DNA of 64,000 bases from a virus (lineage: Duplodnaviria; Caudoviricetes): IMG/VR virus record IMGVR_UViG_3300041964_000148. One strand, given 5' to 3'. Under the pieces are notes generated by a model, which searched no databases, was not told where the DNA came from, and saw only the letters and a list, made by a program, of their open reading frames with translations. Shown here one piece after another: positions 43,407 through 52,778 of this stretch; the first letter of the stretch is position 1; every line of letters begins with the position of its first letter. Both the position numbers and the translations under genes were made by a program.

Positions 43407-45179
43407 ATGCCCAATACAACCAACCCGATCGCACCCACCAACCCGACGCCCACCAATCCGACATCGACCAGTAGTACACCCGCGACAAACTCTAGTACAA
43501 CTGCGATCACACCCGTAAAACCGAAGGCACCCCCACCCCAAAAGCAACCTATTGAAACCCTTCCAACTAAGAAAGCGACTTTAACCAAGCAGGTTTTTGA
43601 CCCTAGATTTGGGGCAAGTTATGCTCCACTAGAGATCAGATTTCTAACCGGAGCCTGTGCAGATCAACTATTAGATTTAGGGTTTAATATCCAAGACTTT
43701 TCCATGTCCCAAGCCCAAAACTGGGAAAAAGGGAAAGGGCAAACAATTCAGGTAGGGCATAATTTTGATAACGTCTCACCGTGGACGTTTAACCTTAATT
43801 GGCAATATTGGGGCTTGTGGGAGGACGTTCATCAATTGGCAGCCCTCTGCCAACATATGGGAACGATTGACCCTAAATTATCTACACCACCCAAACTACA
43901 GTTTACCTTCGGCGAAGCCATAATTGACCCTGTTGTTTGCACCAACATAGATATTAAATTTGATGCCCCGCATCCAGGAAGTAAAGGGATGCGCCATGCA
44001 ACTGTGACGGCAACCTTTGAACTTGAAGCTGGGAAAGGGACAAAGCATCAGCTTTCTCCACCTTTAGCCCCGAATGCCCTAAGCGATCGCATCCGAACCC
44101 TGACTGAAACAGAGCGAGAGCGTCAAGGGCTAATCGGAGTTACCCGCACCTCACTAGCCCCTTGCCTGGGTAAGAAGGGAAGCGAGAATGTCGCAAAGCT
44201 GCTGAAGGACAACAAGCTTGGGGATGAGGCGACCTTGCAGGCATTAGATGCCAACACATTCGTCCAATTGGCAGTAGCGGGAACGATTCCTAAAGAAACC
44301 TTGGCTAAACCACAGTTCCAGGAGAAGCTTAAGCGTGATCTAGCGTTCCGTATGGCGAAAACTGAAAACGGAACAACTCCAGCCACCTCAGAGCAGCTTG
44401 CTCGCGCACTAGAAAGTGGCGATCCATTTGGTCTTCCCGAACAGTTCACGTCTACGCAACAGGACAGGCGCGTGGACGAGAAGGGAGTAGAAACGACTAA
44501 AGAAAACACCTTGTTTGGAAGGATATCAGGAGATTACCAAGCCGCTCTCACCGCCATCAAAGACCAAAAACTAGCTGCCAACGATGACGTATTTAATCCC
44601 GTAAAAAATCCCACAGCCCAAGGGCGACTTACCGCCGCAGCAGGATGTGGGTTGGACTTAAGGAATAACGGAGCGCCTAAGATCGCTAAAACTGAAGGGA
44701 AAGATGCCGTATTAATTTCAGGAATTAACCAGGCGATCGCAGGCACAAAGTCTGATGAAGAGTTGAAAAAGTTGTTCAACCTGCCCGAAAACACCCCAGA
44801 TACCGTACTTCGGAAGATTAAAAATGGGGTACCTTATCAATCTAAGGATGAGTTCCTCGCCAGGTCATCGTATAACCAAATGGGCATTACGGGTCATTCG
44901 CTTTGGAGCAGTTTTGACGCGCATGAGTCGGCACAGCTCACTGAGGTCAACAAGTTTTTAACTCAAGAGAATCTTAGTGATGACGACCTAAAAAAAAGAT
45001 TTGGGGTAGGGGATGATATTGCCAAAAAACTCCGCAATAATGGCAAACCGTTTGCTTCTAAAGAGGAGTTTTTGAAGGCGTCATCCCCTAATTCAACTGG
45101 AATAGATGGGAAGGGGAACCAGGTATGGCTCGACTTTGAACGGAATGTTGATAAAGTCAAGACGGCAGAACAGCCCTAG
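43407..45179 (+). CDS. Putative tail tube-initiator-like protein with C-terminal helix-hairpin-helix-like repeats
   Basis: P/T-rich N-terminus; PPKLQFTFG..VVCTNIDIKF..HATVTATFE resembles contractile-tail tube/initiator domains; two KNGxP(Y/F)xSK(D/E)EFL repeats. Confidence 0.5.
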   Translation: MPNTTNPIAPTNPTPTNPTSTSSTPATNSSTTAITPVKPKAPPPQKQPIETLPTKKATLTKQVFDPRFGASYAPLEIRFLTGACADQLLDLGFNIQDFSMSQAQNWEKGKGQTIQVGHNFDNVSPWTFNLNWQYWGLWEDVHQLAALCQHMGTIDPKLSTPPKLQFTFGEAIIDPVVCTNIDIKFDAPHPGSKGMRHATVTATFELEAGKGTKHQLSPPLAPNALSDRIRTLTETERERQGLIGVTRTSLAPCLGKKGSENVAKLLKDNKLGDEATLQALDANTFVQLAVAGTIPKETLAKPQFQEKLKRDLAFRMAKTENGTTPATSEQLARALESGDPFGLPEQFTSTQQDRRVDEKGVETTKENTLFGRISGDYQAALTAIKDQKLAANDDVFNPVKNPTAQGRLTAAAGCGLDLRNNGAPKIAKTEGKDAVLISGINQAIAGTKSDEELKKLFNLPENTPDTVLRKIKNGVPYQSKDEFLARSSYNQMGITGHSLWSSFDAHESAQLTEVNKFLTQENLSDDDLKKRFGVGDDIAKKLRNNGKPFASKEEFLKASSPNSTGIDGKGNQVWLDFERNVDKVKTAEQP

Positions 45180-45646
45180 GCACACAAGCTACCAAACATT
45201 TGGTTCCACATTTCGCCCATATCCAATTTAGACACAGAACTAACCTGAGGAAGAGGCACAGGAGTTGGTTGTTTTAGACTGGCAACAATTGCAAAGGGAG
45301 CTTCTTCCCGCAAAATATCTTCCACGGCTTCCCGAAGGAAGTCGGACATAGTTGTCCCCTGGAGGAAGCATACGAGCTTAAACCTTTCCTTTGTTTCCTT
45401 ATCAATCAAAAACCGAATATATCCATCGGCTTTTTGCAGATTATTCTGGTAGTATTTCGTGCGAACACCTGCCCCAGCCGTCAACTTTGCCGGAGGCTTC
45501 TTTGCTATTTTACTAAGGCTCACTCCTTCGAGAGAAGCAATAACAATTCCCTTGAGCAAGTCGGTCATCTTCCCGTTGGGGACTAGATCTTTGAACCTTT
45601 GCTTGAGATCTTCGGGAATCCGGATTCGGATATCATCGTCTAGCAT
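45176..45646 (-). CDS. Tandem ribbon-helix-helix (CopG/ParG-like) DNA-binding protein
   Basis: IRIRIPEDLKQRFK..MTDLL and IRFLIDKETKERFK..TMSDFLREAV. Confidence 0.75.
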   Translation of the reverse strand: MLDDDIRIRIPEDLKQRFKDLVPNGKMTDLLKGIVIASLEGVSLSKIAKKPPAKLTAGAGVRTKYYQNNLQKADGYIRFLIDKETKERFKLVCFLQGTTMSDFLREAVEDILREEAPFAIVASLKQPTPVPLPQVSSVSKLDMGEMWNQMFGSLCA

Positions 45647-45905
45647 TGTCGTGAGCTTGGTGTGTTACATATGTTGTTATATTGTAACCTTTCAAAGTGT
45701 GTGTGAACACAATTGCTCATCATCATCTTCATGTTGTCGTATATCGTAGGCGATCGCATAGCTGAAGCCGATTAATGACAAAATCCAAAAGAAACAAACC
45801 CCTTTGGGTATATGCCGGGGTTTTTTGCTTGATCACGGTTCTCCGTGACGAAGGTCTACACGTCATCCTTTGTTACAATGAGGTTATATAGCACAAAGCA
45901 AAGCC

Positions 45906-47132
45906 ATGTCACAACCGAAAGAAGGTGATGCTGTACTAGGAGGAACACCCCCTTTGCAGCCCAACTCAACAAGCCTTGTCCTGGGCGGATTCTATGCCGT
46001 GCAGCGAAAAATCAAGGCGCAGGAAGAAGACTTAACCGAAGGCGATATCAAGACAGTGATCGCACATAAGTGCCGCAACTATGATGAGCTTCTGGTAAAA
46101 ATCAAATTTTGGCAGGAGTATTACGAGTTTGAGGGATTAGACCTGGACGAGTCATGCTTAACCGAAAAGGAAGTAGCGATCGCAATTGCCAATGGGGCAA
46201 GGAAATCGTTCTACCTTAATGTTGAATTCCTGACCCATGATCGGGAGTTGGTCAAAAAACAAGAACAGCGACGGGTTAAGAAGTTAAAGGACTTCACATT
46301 CTCCCGTTACTGTCGCCGAGACTTGATCCAAAAAGCAGTCCTTGAACTTGCTGACAAAAACATAAGCAGAGGAGAGGTGCGCCAAAAGGTGACGGAAAGT
46401 CATTGCTCTTGGCAATCCCATTATTGGATGATAAATGATACGCGCTCAGTTGTATTTGATTGGAAAGGCACTGATGATTTACAGAAGGTTATCTCGACAA
46501 GCCTAGGAAAAATTTCCCGAAAGTACGGATTGCCAATTAGCTTAGTTTTTGGCTACAGCCAACTACTAAGGGACTTGGCAACAATTGATACCTCTCGGAC
46601 ACTTTTGAGGAGATTTACTTTGCTAGATTCTCTGTTGTGTTTAACAACAACTATCCTCTACCCCTCCGACTTAGAGCCATTTGACCCAAGGGTATTAAAT
46701 ATACCAAGGTCATTGCTTTGGAAAAGTTGGATTTTGAATGAAAAGGGACACGAGGTGCAAGTGTCTTTGGATGTAAGAATTCCTCTGAATAGTGTGTATT
46801 TTGGTGGGGCTATACCTAGCGTAATCATTTTTGAGGTGTTCAAAAAAGCGATGGCATATGCGATCGCACTCCACGCTGCCCACCGAGACACGGCTACCTA
46901 CAGTCTTAAAAATCTGGAGCAGAAACTAGGTATCTGGAACCTGCACAAGGCGAAGGAACCCCTAGCTGCACAGGTAGCAGCCGTCCTGCCAGCATTGCGA
47001 GACATTATTGATCTGATAATCGCTGATTTCAAGAAGCAGGTTGAGGATGGCGACGACTCGCCAGCAATCCCTGTTGATCAAATTGAGAGAGTCGAACAAG
47101 ACTTGGGGTTTGTTAAACTAACATTAATCTAA
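45906..47132 (+). CDS. Hypothetical protein with N-terminal DAVLGG motif
   Basis: 408 aa; TGTTACAAT promoter and AAGCAAAGCC-ATG start. Confidence 0.7.
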   Translation: MSQPKEGDAVLGGTPPLQPNSTSLVLGGFYAVQRKIKAQEEDLTEGDIKTVIAHKCRNYDELLVKIKFWQEYYEFEGLDLDESCLTEKEVAIAIANGARKSFYLNVEFLTHDRELVKKQEQRRVKKLKDFTFSRYCRRDLIQKAVLELADKNISRGEVRQKVTESHCSWQSHYWMINDTRSVVFDWKGTDDLQKVISTSLGKISRKYGLPISLVFGYSQLLRDLATIDTSRTLLRRFTLLDSLLCLTTTILYPSDLEPFDPRVLNIPRSLLWKSWILNEKGHEVQVSLDVRIPLNSVYFGGAIPSVIIFEVFKKAMAYAIALHAAHRDTATYSLKNLEQKLGIWNLHKAKEPLAAQVAAVLPALRDIIDLIIADFKKQVEDGDDSPAIPVDQIERVEQDLGFVKLTLI

Positions 47133-47270
47133 CCAAGCGTGAAAAAGCCCCTCCGGGTATTAAACCGGAGGGGCTTTTTTGTGAACATAAAGGCGTATGA
47201 GCAACAAAAAACCCTCGACAGAAATGTCGAGGGTTTTTTGTTGCCTAATCAACGATCAGGCGGGGGAGAT

Positions 47271-48275
47271 TTATCGGAACGCGCTAACGATTTGCTTCAG
47301 CGCTTGTTCAGACTTGTTTCGCTTAGAGCCAAGCCACAGGGAATTTATATGCCCTGCGTTGCCACCTCGTTGGGTACTGTGGTGACTTTGATACTCTGTG
47401 ACGGCTTGGGCTAGCCCCCAAGCCGTGTGGTACGCGCTTAACATCTCAGATCCCTTCCCCTTACCTTGGTAAAGTTCTAAGACTTGTTGTACAGCGCGTG
47501 GTTGCTCATCCAAGGACTTATCCTTGTCCCCCAAGATCTTAATGATCAGGGCGTGGGCTTCCTCGTCCTTAACGGGTGTTGAGGCAAGGAATTCAGCATC
47601 CTCTTTGAATTTCTCGAAGCCAGTTTTGGCTTCCTCCAGTACCAGCATTACGCGGGCACTAGAGTAGGCAGAGGTGTGGGAAATTACCTGTCCCGCCAAC
47701 CTTACGGGTAGCACCATTTGGTTTGTGCATACCATCCTTGGCGCCATCAGGTCAACTTTTGCTCCACGTCCGCTTTCGTGGGAGTTCGTGAAAAGGAGCT
47801 TCCCTTCTACTACGTCACCTCCCGCAAGCGTGAAGCTTTCGTTAGTTTTGGCAACACAGAAAACTGTGCGCCCTTGGTTTAAGAATCCCAATCGTTCCAT
47901 GACCAACTGCGATTTCTCGCAGAAGGTCACGAAACTTTTTACGATATCTCGGTTCTGGAACGGTTTCCAGCGAAGGGAAACCGTATCCAGGTGAATCACT
48001 TCACCTGGCTTGTTGGGGTTGTCACGGTAGACAACGCGATCCCGGCTTGACTGGAATTGGTAATTTTCGCCAAATTTAATTCCATCGGTGGTGTGGACTT
48101 CCCAGTCTAGCTTCGCCTTTTGGAGAAGCCCATCTATATCGTCTTCGCTGACAACAGCATCGACTGCTGCGCCAATCCCACGATATAGCTTTTTATTGGT
48201 TTCACTGGTTTCACTCAGGTTTTGGGTCCACTGAGTTTCTTGACCGTTTCTTCTGATGGTATTTGCTAAAGACAT
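47271..48275 (-). CDS. DUF932 family phage/plasmid protein
   Basis: LDWEV, KPFQN, LLFTNSHESG, PRMVCTN, TAWGLAQAVTEY..H, SLWLG motifs. Confidence 0.9.
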   Translation of the reverse strand: MSLANTIRRNGQETQWTQNLSETSETNKKLYRGIGAAVDAVVSEDDIDGLLQKAKLDWEVHTTDGIKFGENYQFQSSRDRVVYRDNPNKPGEVIHLDTVSLRWKPFQNRDIVKSFVTFCEKSQLVMERLGFLNQGRTVFCVAKTNESFTLAGGDVVEGKLLFTNSHESGRGAKVDLMAPRMVCTNQMVLPVRLAGQVISHTSAYSSARVMLVLEEAKTGFEKFKEDAEFLASTPVKDEEAHALIIKILGDKDKSLDEQPRAVQQVLELYQGKGKGSEMLSAYHTAWGLAQAVTEYQSHHSTQRGGNAGHINSLWLGSKRNKSEQALKQIVSAFR

Positions 48276-48373
48276 GGTTTTTGCTTATGTAGTGAATACT
48301 GGTGTGATTTGTTATCACATCTGTATTGTAGCACAATGTAAAAAGTATTACGGAAGCAATAAAAAAACCTTTA

Positions 48374-48589
48374 TCACGGAGAACCGTGACAAGGTTGTTT
48401 CCCATCATCACCATCATCAAGACGGCAGTCCTTGTGGCTATAACCGACTATGCGATCGTCCACAAGTATCTGCAAGCACTCAGAAATCGGCGAAACCACT
48501 ATCCGTCTCCGGCAAAGCAAGCAACGGTTCCCTGGTGGGCGAGTTAGAAATTCATCCGAGAATGGCTGATTATTAAATCGACTAGGCAT
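48374..48589 (-). CDS. Small putative Zn-binding protein
   Basis: ATG overlaps the upstream stop; CLLC..HKDC; stop codon supplied by the dispersed 16-bp site. Confidence 0.5.
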   Translation of the reverse strand: MPSRFNNQPFSDEFLTRPPGNRCLLCRRRIVVSPISECLQILVDDRIVGYSHKDCRLDDGDDGKQPCHGSP

Positions 48590-48911
48590 CAATATCCGGC
48601 ATTTCGACTGTTTCTCCTGCCAGTGAGTGAGTGCAGTCATCGAGGAAGCGAATCATGCCGTTCTCAACAAAACTGTGGCAGCGCAAAGTAACCTGCCCCT
48701 TATCGTTCGTAACTGTGGCATTGAGCGAGGGATGGAAGGTTGGCTTTTCAGGATTGCCCGTGAAAGACCAGCTAGCTCCAGACGAATTCTTGTGAGGTCG
48801 GATGTAGACCTCATGGCTCATCTTACAGCCGGGGCAATCAAACATATATCCAACCGTTTGAAGACGCCCCTTCTCTTCGTCTGGTTCTTTAATCGACAAC
48901 AGCTTAACCAC
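48582..48911 (-). CDS. DUF6527-like phage protein
   Basis: CPGC..H, WSFTGNPEKPTFHPSL, RCHSFVENGMIRFLDDCTHSLAG. Confidence 0.8.
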   Translation of the reverse strand: MVKLLSIKEPDEEKGRLQTVGYMFDCPGCKMSHEVYIRPHKNSSGASWSFTGNPEKPTFHPSLNATVTNDKGQVTLRCHSFVENGMIRFLDDCTHSLAGETVEMPDIDA

Positions 48912-49134
48912 GATCGCCTAGTCTCCGTATAAGATCCTGTACCATTGCGTCGCGCCGATTGCGGCTCAACCTCTCCTCCCGTTCCCGCTCTTGATAATTA
49001 CGAAGGAATTGCCGCATCTGGCGATCAATTGCCTCCTTCAGTTCCTTTTCTTTGCCTTGATCTGAGGAGTAGATGGTAATGTTAATTGTCAGATTGAGCG
49101 GGTGGTTCTGCCTGCGGCGCAAGAATTTGAACAT
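48904..49134 (-). CDS. Hypothetical protein
   Basis: 76 aa, overlaps the next gene. Confidence 0.55.
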   Translation of the reverse strand: MFKFLRRRQNHPLNLTINITIYSSDQGKEKELKEAIDRQMRQFLRNYQEREREERLSRNRRDAMVQDLIRRLGDRG

Positions 49135-49184
49135 ACTAAAATCCCGTCATTGCGGTACTTAGCTAAGTTTAGTCTGAGTACAGA

Positions 49185-49478
49185 CTAATCAGAATGCGAT
49201 CTCCTTTCTTCCTTCAGCGCTGTCAAAGCCTCGGCAGCATACCCTCTCTCGCTAAAGGCGTGACGGCAAATACCATAAAAACTTAAAGTTTCTTGAGCCT
49301 TGTACAACTCCACCAACTTGGCTCTTGTGGTCATGTAGTCCAGATCATATTTAAAGGCGATCGCTGATACTGCTCGATACAGTTCATGGCAAGCGATCAC
49401 ATCCATTACCGGACTAAAGGCGGGTTCTTGATCGGGTAAGTCTAAAAGTTTTGGAGGGGTAACAAAGAATTCAAACAT
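49185..49478 (-). CDS. Hypothetical protein
   Basis: 97 aa between phased-repeat intergenic arrays. Confidence 0.6.
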   Translation of the reverse strand: MFEFFVTPPKLLDLPDQEPAFSPVMDVIACHELYRAVSAIAFKYDLDYMTTRAKLVELYKAQETLSFYGICRHAFSERGYAAEALTALKEERRSHSD

Positions 49479-49492
49479 TTTCCAACAGTTCG

Positions 49493-49558
49493 GTTTAGCT
49501 CAGGTTTAGATCATGTTTAGGCTGTATCTAGCCTAAGTTTAGGCTAGATACAGCCTAA
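49493..49558. repeat. 11-bp-phased array (GTTTAG-type), six units
   Basis: gtttagctcag gtttagatcat gtttaggctgt atctagcctaa gtttaggctag atacagcctaa; related arrays at 49157, 50514 and 51143. Confidence 0.8.
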
Positions 49559-49998
49559 GCCACAGCAGTGGCAAACGCGATCGCCATTCGTTTGCAATCT
49601 TCGAGTGTCGCTGCCTTAAAACCAATAGGGAGGTCGAGTTCCGTTTGCTGTCGAAAAGACTGATTTTCGTCTGCTTCGGTCAAAGCCATGCAATCACCTT
49701 CAGCAACAACAGCGCCAATACCGAATCCACAGTATGCCCTGTGACTCCAACCATACCACTTCTGCTCTTTCTCACAGAAGCCTATCGAGCAGACTGTTTT
49801 ACCAGGAAGACATTCAGGTTTAATTCCCAAGGTATAGAGAAAGATAGCCGTATTGATGTCGCCAATATATTCCCCTGACTGGGCATATACTGAATTCAAA
49901 ATCACTGGTTCATTACCTTCGACGGTAGTCAACTCTTTCCTAAGTTCAAACCCTCTTCGGTCTTTAAAAACATGAAGCGTTTCTTTTTGTATTAGCAT
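49555..49998 (-). CDS. Conserved phage hypothetical protein
   Basis: SIGFCEKEQKWYGWSHRA..GFGIG..TLEDCKRMAIAFA. Confidence 0.75.
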   Translation of the reverse strand: MLIQKETLHVFKDRRGFELRKELTTVEGNEPVILNSVYAQSGEYIGDINTAIFLYTLGIKPECLPGKTVCSIGFCEKEQKWYGWSHRAYCGFGIGAVVAEGDCMALTEADENQSFRQQTELDLPIGFKAATLEDCKRMAIAFATAVA

Positions 49999-50058
49999 TA
50001 GTCTTTTTTATTACCCTCTTGTGATAGCTCCTCGACAGAATCGCGGGAATCTTTTTCC

Positions 50059-50430
50059 TCAATCGGGGAGATTTCCTTCATCCCGTAACTGCTTGAATTC
50101 TTCCTGCAATTCCTCAGCTACGTTGTCGGCTTTCTCCTCCAGCGCAATTACGGTGTTCCGAGCCTTGGCGCTAGATCGTATGATTTCATTTAACTTTAGC
50201 TGCATAGCGAGGGAGTCACGGTTTTGGGTATTTTGGTTTAAAACTAGCATCACAGTGTTTAGCAGGGTTGTGATCGTATTTGCGGATAATTGCCAAAAAT
50301 CACTAAAATTAACAAAAAATCCCCAAACTCCCCATATCAGTATTAACAGTATTGTTACGACAAAACTGATGGGGCTGCCGATAACTTTAGCTGACTTACG
50401 AGCAAACTTGGGAAAGGTATCTTTTCTCAT
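50059..50430 (-). CDS. Low-affinity iron permease (Fet4-like) family small membrane protein
   Basis: FSDFWQLSANTITT..QNTQNRDSLAMQLKLNEII..ARN..LEE. Confidence 0.85.
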   Translation of the reverse strand: MRKDTFPKFARKSAKVIGSPISFVVTILLILIWGVWGFFVNFSDFWQLSANTITTLLNTVMLVLNQNTQNRDSLAMQLKLNEIIRSSAKARNTVIALEEKADNVAEELQEEFKQLRDEGNLPD

Positions 50431-50586
50431 GGGAAGCTTTACTTTATTTTGGTTGACTCAAGGCATCACGCGATCGCCTTAAAGTATGGCGGAGGTTGTG
50501 GCAAGAAGGCGCTGTGTAGTCCGTGTTTAGATCAAGTCTATATATAAACTAGACACAGGTTAGACTTACAGCAAACAGAGGCACAA

Positions 50587-50841
50587 ATGATTAAAGTTCT
50601 CCAGGTAGAGATTGACGAAAAGCTTGACAACGCTCAAGTCGAGGAACGTATCTTCTTTGACAATAAGTTGCTGGTTGTTGCCTACCTTTTGACCAATGGT
50701 TTTGTTGTCCTCGGTAAAGCGGGGGTGATTCACCGCAATAACTTTGATTTAGAGAGGGGACGGGAGATCGCACGGAAAGATGCCTCAGATCAGTTGTGGT
50801 TGCTAGAAGGGTACAAAAGGCATGGTGATGCTTTACAGTAA
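50587..50841 (+). CDS. Phage Gp49-family protein
   Basis: LTNGFVVLG..NFDLERGREIARKDA..LWLLEGY. Confidence 0.8.
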   Translation: MIKVLQVEIDEKLDNAQVEERIFFDNKLLVVAYLLTNGFVVLGKAGVIHRNNFDLERGREIARKDASDQLWLLEGYKRHGDALQ

Positions 50842-51129
50842 GCCTGCCTTGTACAATTCCTCTTGCCGCATAAAACCCATGTAACTATGTAATTTCTGAA
50901 TCGCAGCAAGCCTACATCGCCTCAACCCCTCGTCCAGGTTGAATCCTTTAGGGTCAATCATTGCCGATCTCCCTGGTATTGTGTACCCGTTTCTAAGTTC
51001 GTACTCAACGACAACAACTTTCCGCTTACACAAAACTGCGTACTCAAAACTTCCCTGCTTAATCGCTTCATCAATGATCGCTTCCACCTCTTCGAGGGTA
51101 ACCCTGTAATGTTCTACTGGTTCATTCAT
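50833..51129 (-). CDS. Phage Gp49-family protein (paralogue)
   Basis: LRNGYTIPGRSAMIDPKGFNLDEG..AIQKL..MGF; GAGGAG ribosome-binding site before ATG 51129. Confidence 0.75.
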   Translation of the reverse strand: MNEPVEHYRVTLEEVEAIIDEAIKQGSFEYAVLCKRKVVVVEYELRNGYTIPGRSAMIDPKGFNLDEGLRRCRLAAIQKLHSYMGFMRQEELYKAGLL

Positions 51130-51311
51130 GTGATCGCTCCTCATATAGGTCTTGTTTACCCTAAACACAGCCTGTGTTTACCCTAAGTTTAGTCTGCACT
51201 GCGCTCGAAACTACGCTCGAAACCGTATCTCGCTTTTGCTAGAATGAGATAGTAGACTTCAGTAGACTATGGTAGACTAAAGTCTCAGTAAAGCAAAACC
51301 AGAGAATTACA

Positions 51312-52252
51312 ATGACTGAATTTTCCAAATATGAAACGGCCGCAAGGTTCGTTCGCAATCTGCTAGGCGTAAAGAAATTAACGCCTGCCCAGAAACTAGA
51401 GGTTGAGCAAGCTGTAGAACGACACCGACAACGCAAGAGCAATCGGGATCAGCTAGTTCCGATCAAGGAACATCCAAAAAGTCGGCTGCGTTCGGAGGTT
51501 ACAAAAGTGATCAGACCGAAAGTCAAAGAACTCTACAACACAGCCAAAGGTACATGGGCTGGTGGAGAAACCTTCCTATGGGTCCACATTAGTAAGGAGC
51601 CATTCGCTAGTGGAAAGTCCATTGAGGTTCATTACGGCAGGTATTCGGGTCGTAACGCCCACCTAGAAATCAATGTGCAACCAGCATGGCGAAAATACAT
51701 CGGCAGTGTGCCGGAATTGGCGACTGCTGGGGGATGCTTACAACTCACGCCGTGCAGGTCAAGCCAGATTGCTGGCAGGCCTCTTGGGTATGCCAAGGAC
51801 GAGGGTTTAAACTTTATGTCCAATCTGGCTACATAGTTCAGATTGGCAATCAGTTCTTTCATGGAAAAACTGAAGCAATAACCCGTGCAGTTGCAAGAAA
51901 AAAGGCGGCATTTGAAAAAATGTCTCAACGACTGAAAGGCATCACAACTGTAGATCAATTAATTCTAGAGTTTGGCGCACTTCAAGTACGGCGATCTGAC
52001 TCGCTTCGCTCCGGCAATTGCCAAGAAGGAACGGATAACTGGATAGAACGGTATTTTCCCGACCAGGAGTACGCCACTATTAAGCAGTTGTTAACGGCAG
52101 ACAGTAGTGTTCCCGTCGTGGCTGCTTGTAAGGCTGCAATCTTACGGCAAAACCGTCAAAGCAATCTTCCCGGTGAAAACGATGCGGTACTCGGCGGTAG
52201 TCGCAAGTCCCCTCGAACAACGGATGCAGTACTTGGCGGTGTTTCAAGATAA
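51312..52252 (+). CDS. Hypothetical protein; single gene with a frameshift in a G run at about 51730; C-terminal DAVLGG repeats
   Basis: Adding one G joins ..ELATAGG to MLTTHAV..; SLRSGNCQEGTDNW motif. Confidence 0.65.
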
Positions 52253-52311
52253 ACCGATGGTAGCCAGCCCTGAGTTTTCAGGGCTGGCTACCACATTCAA
52301 AGGAATTAATA

Positions 52312-52758
52312 GTGGATACAAACAGCACCAGAATACAACTCAAAAACGCTCAACTCGCGCAAAAGCTCAAAGAGCGACATGACTCGGTATCGGAAGCCGC
52401 CAAGGTTGCACTGTACCGATACTTTCATCTACTTGAGGATGCAGTGCGACGATTGGGTCTGACCAAACAAGAAGCCTCCCTCATTGCTGATGCGCTTAAC
52501 GGTTGGTGGGTAAATGCCGAACCCCCAAGCCTGATCCGTGCAGGACTTTATATGACTGTCTCGGACGCGATCGAGCTTAATCAATTGGATAAAAAATGGG
52601 GCGTCAATGGCTCAGAAATACTTGAAAAACTCAAGGCATTATCTGAGCTAGAGGCGATCGCCTTAGTAGATGCAATTCAAAGATTTTGGTACGAACCAGA
52701 CTCTAGTGAGATATCAGATGTTTCTGAAAAGCTCAAGAAAGTGGGATTGATTAGTTAG
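52312..52758 (+). CDS. Conserved hypothetical protein
   Basis: RYFHLL..EASLIADALNG..LDKKWGV..LVDAIQRFW. Confidence 0.7.
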   Translation: MDTNSTRIQLKNAQLAQKLKERHDSVSEAAKVALYRYFHLLEDAVRRLGLTKQEASLIADALNGWWVNAEPPSLIRAGLYMTVSDAIELNQLDKKWGVNGSEILEKLKALSELEAIALVDAIQRFWYEPDSSEISDVSEKLKKVGLIS

Positions 52759-52778
52759 TAGTGGACGAGGGATAACTC

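Noticed and set aside
36365-45179. Stand-alone eCIS/tailocin locus
   Set aside because: A terminase and phage accessory genes are present and no sheath or AAA ATPase is seen here; a DNA-packaging phage is more parsimonious, though not proven
48256-48576. His-rich plus-strand ORF
   Set aside because: The His run is the antisense of DDGDDG codons in the minus-strand gene
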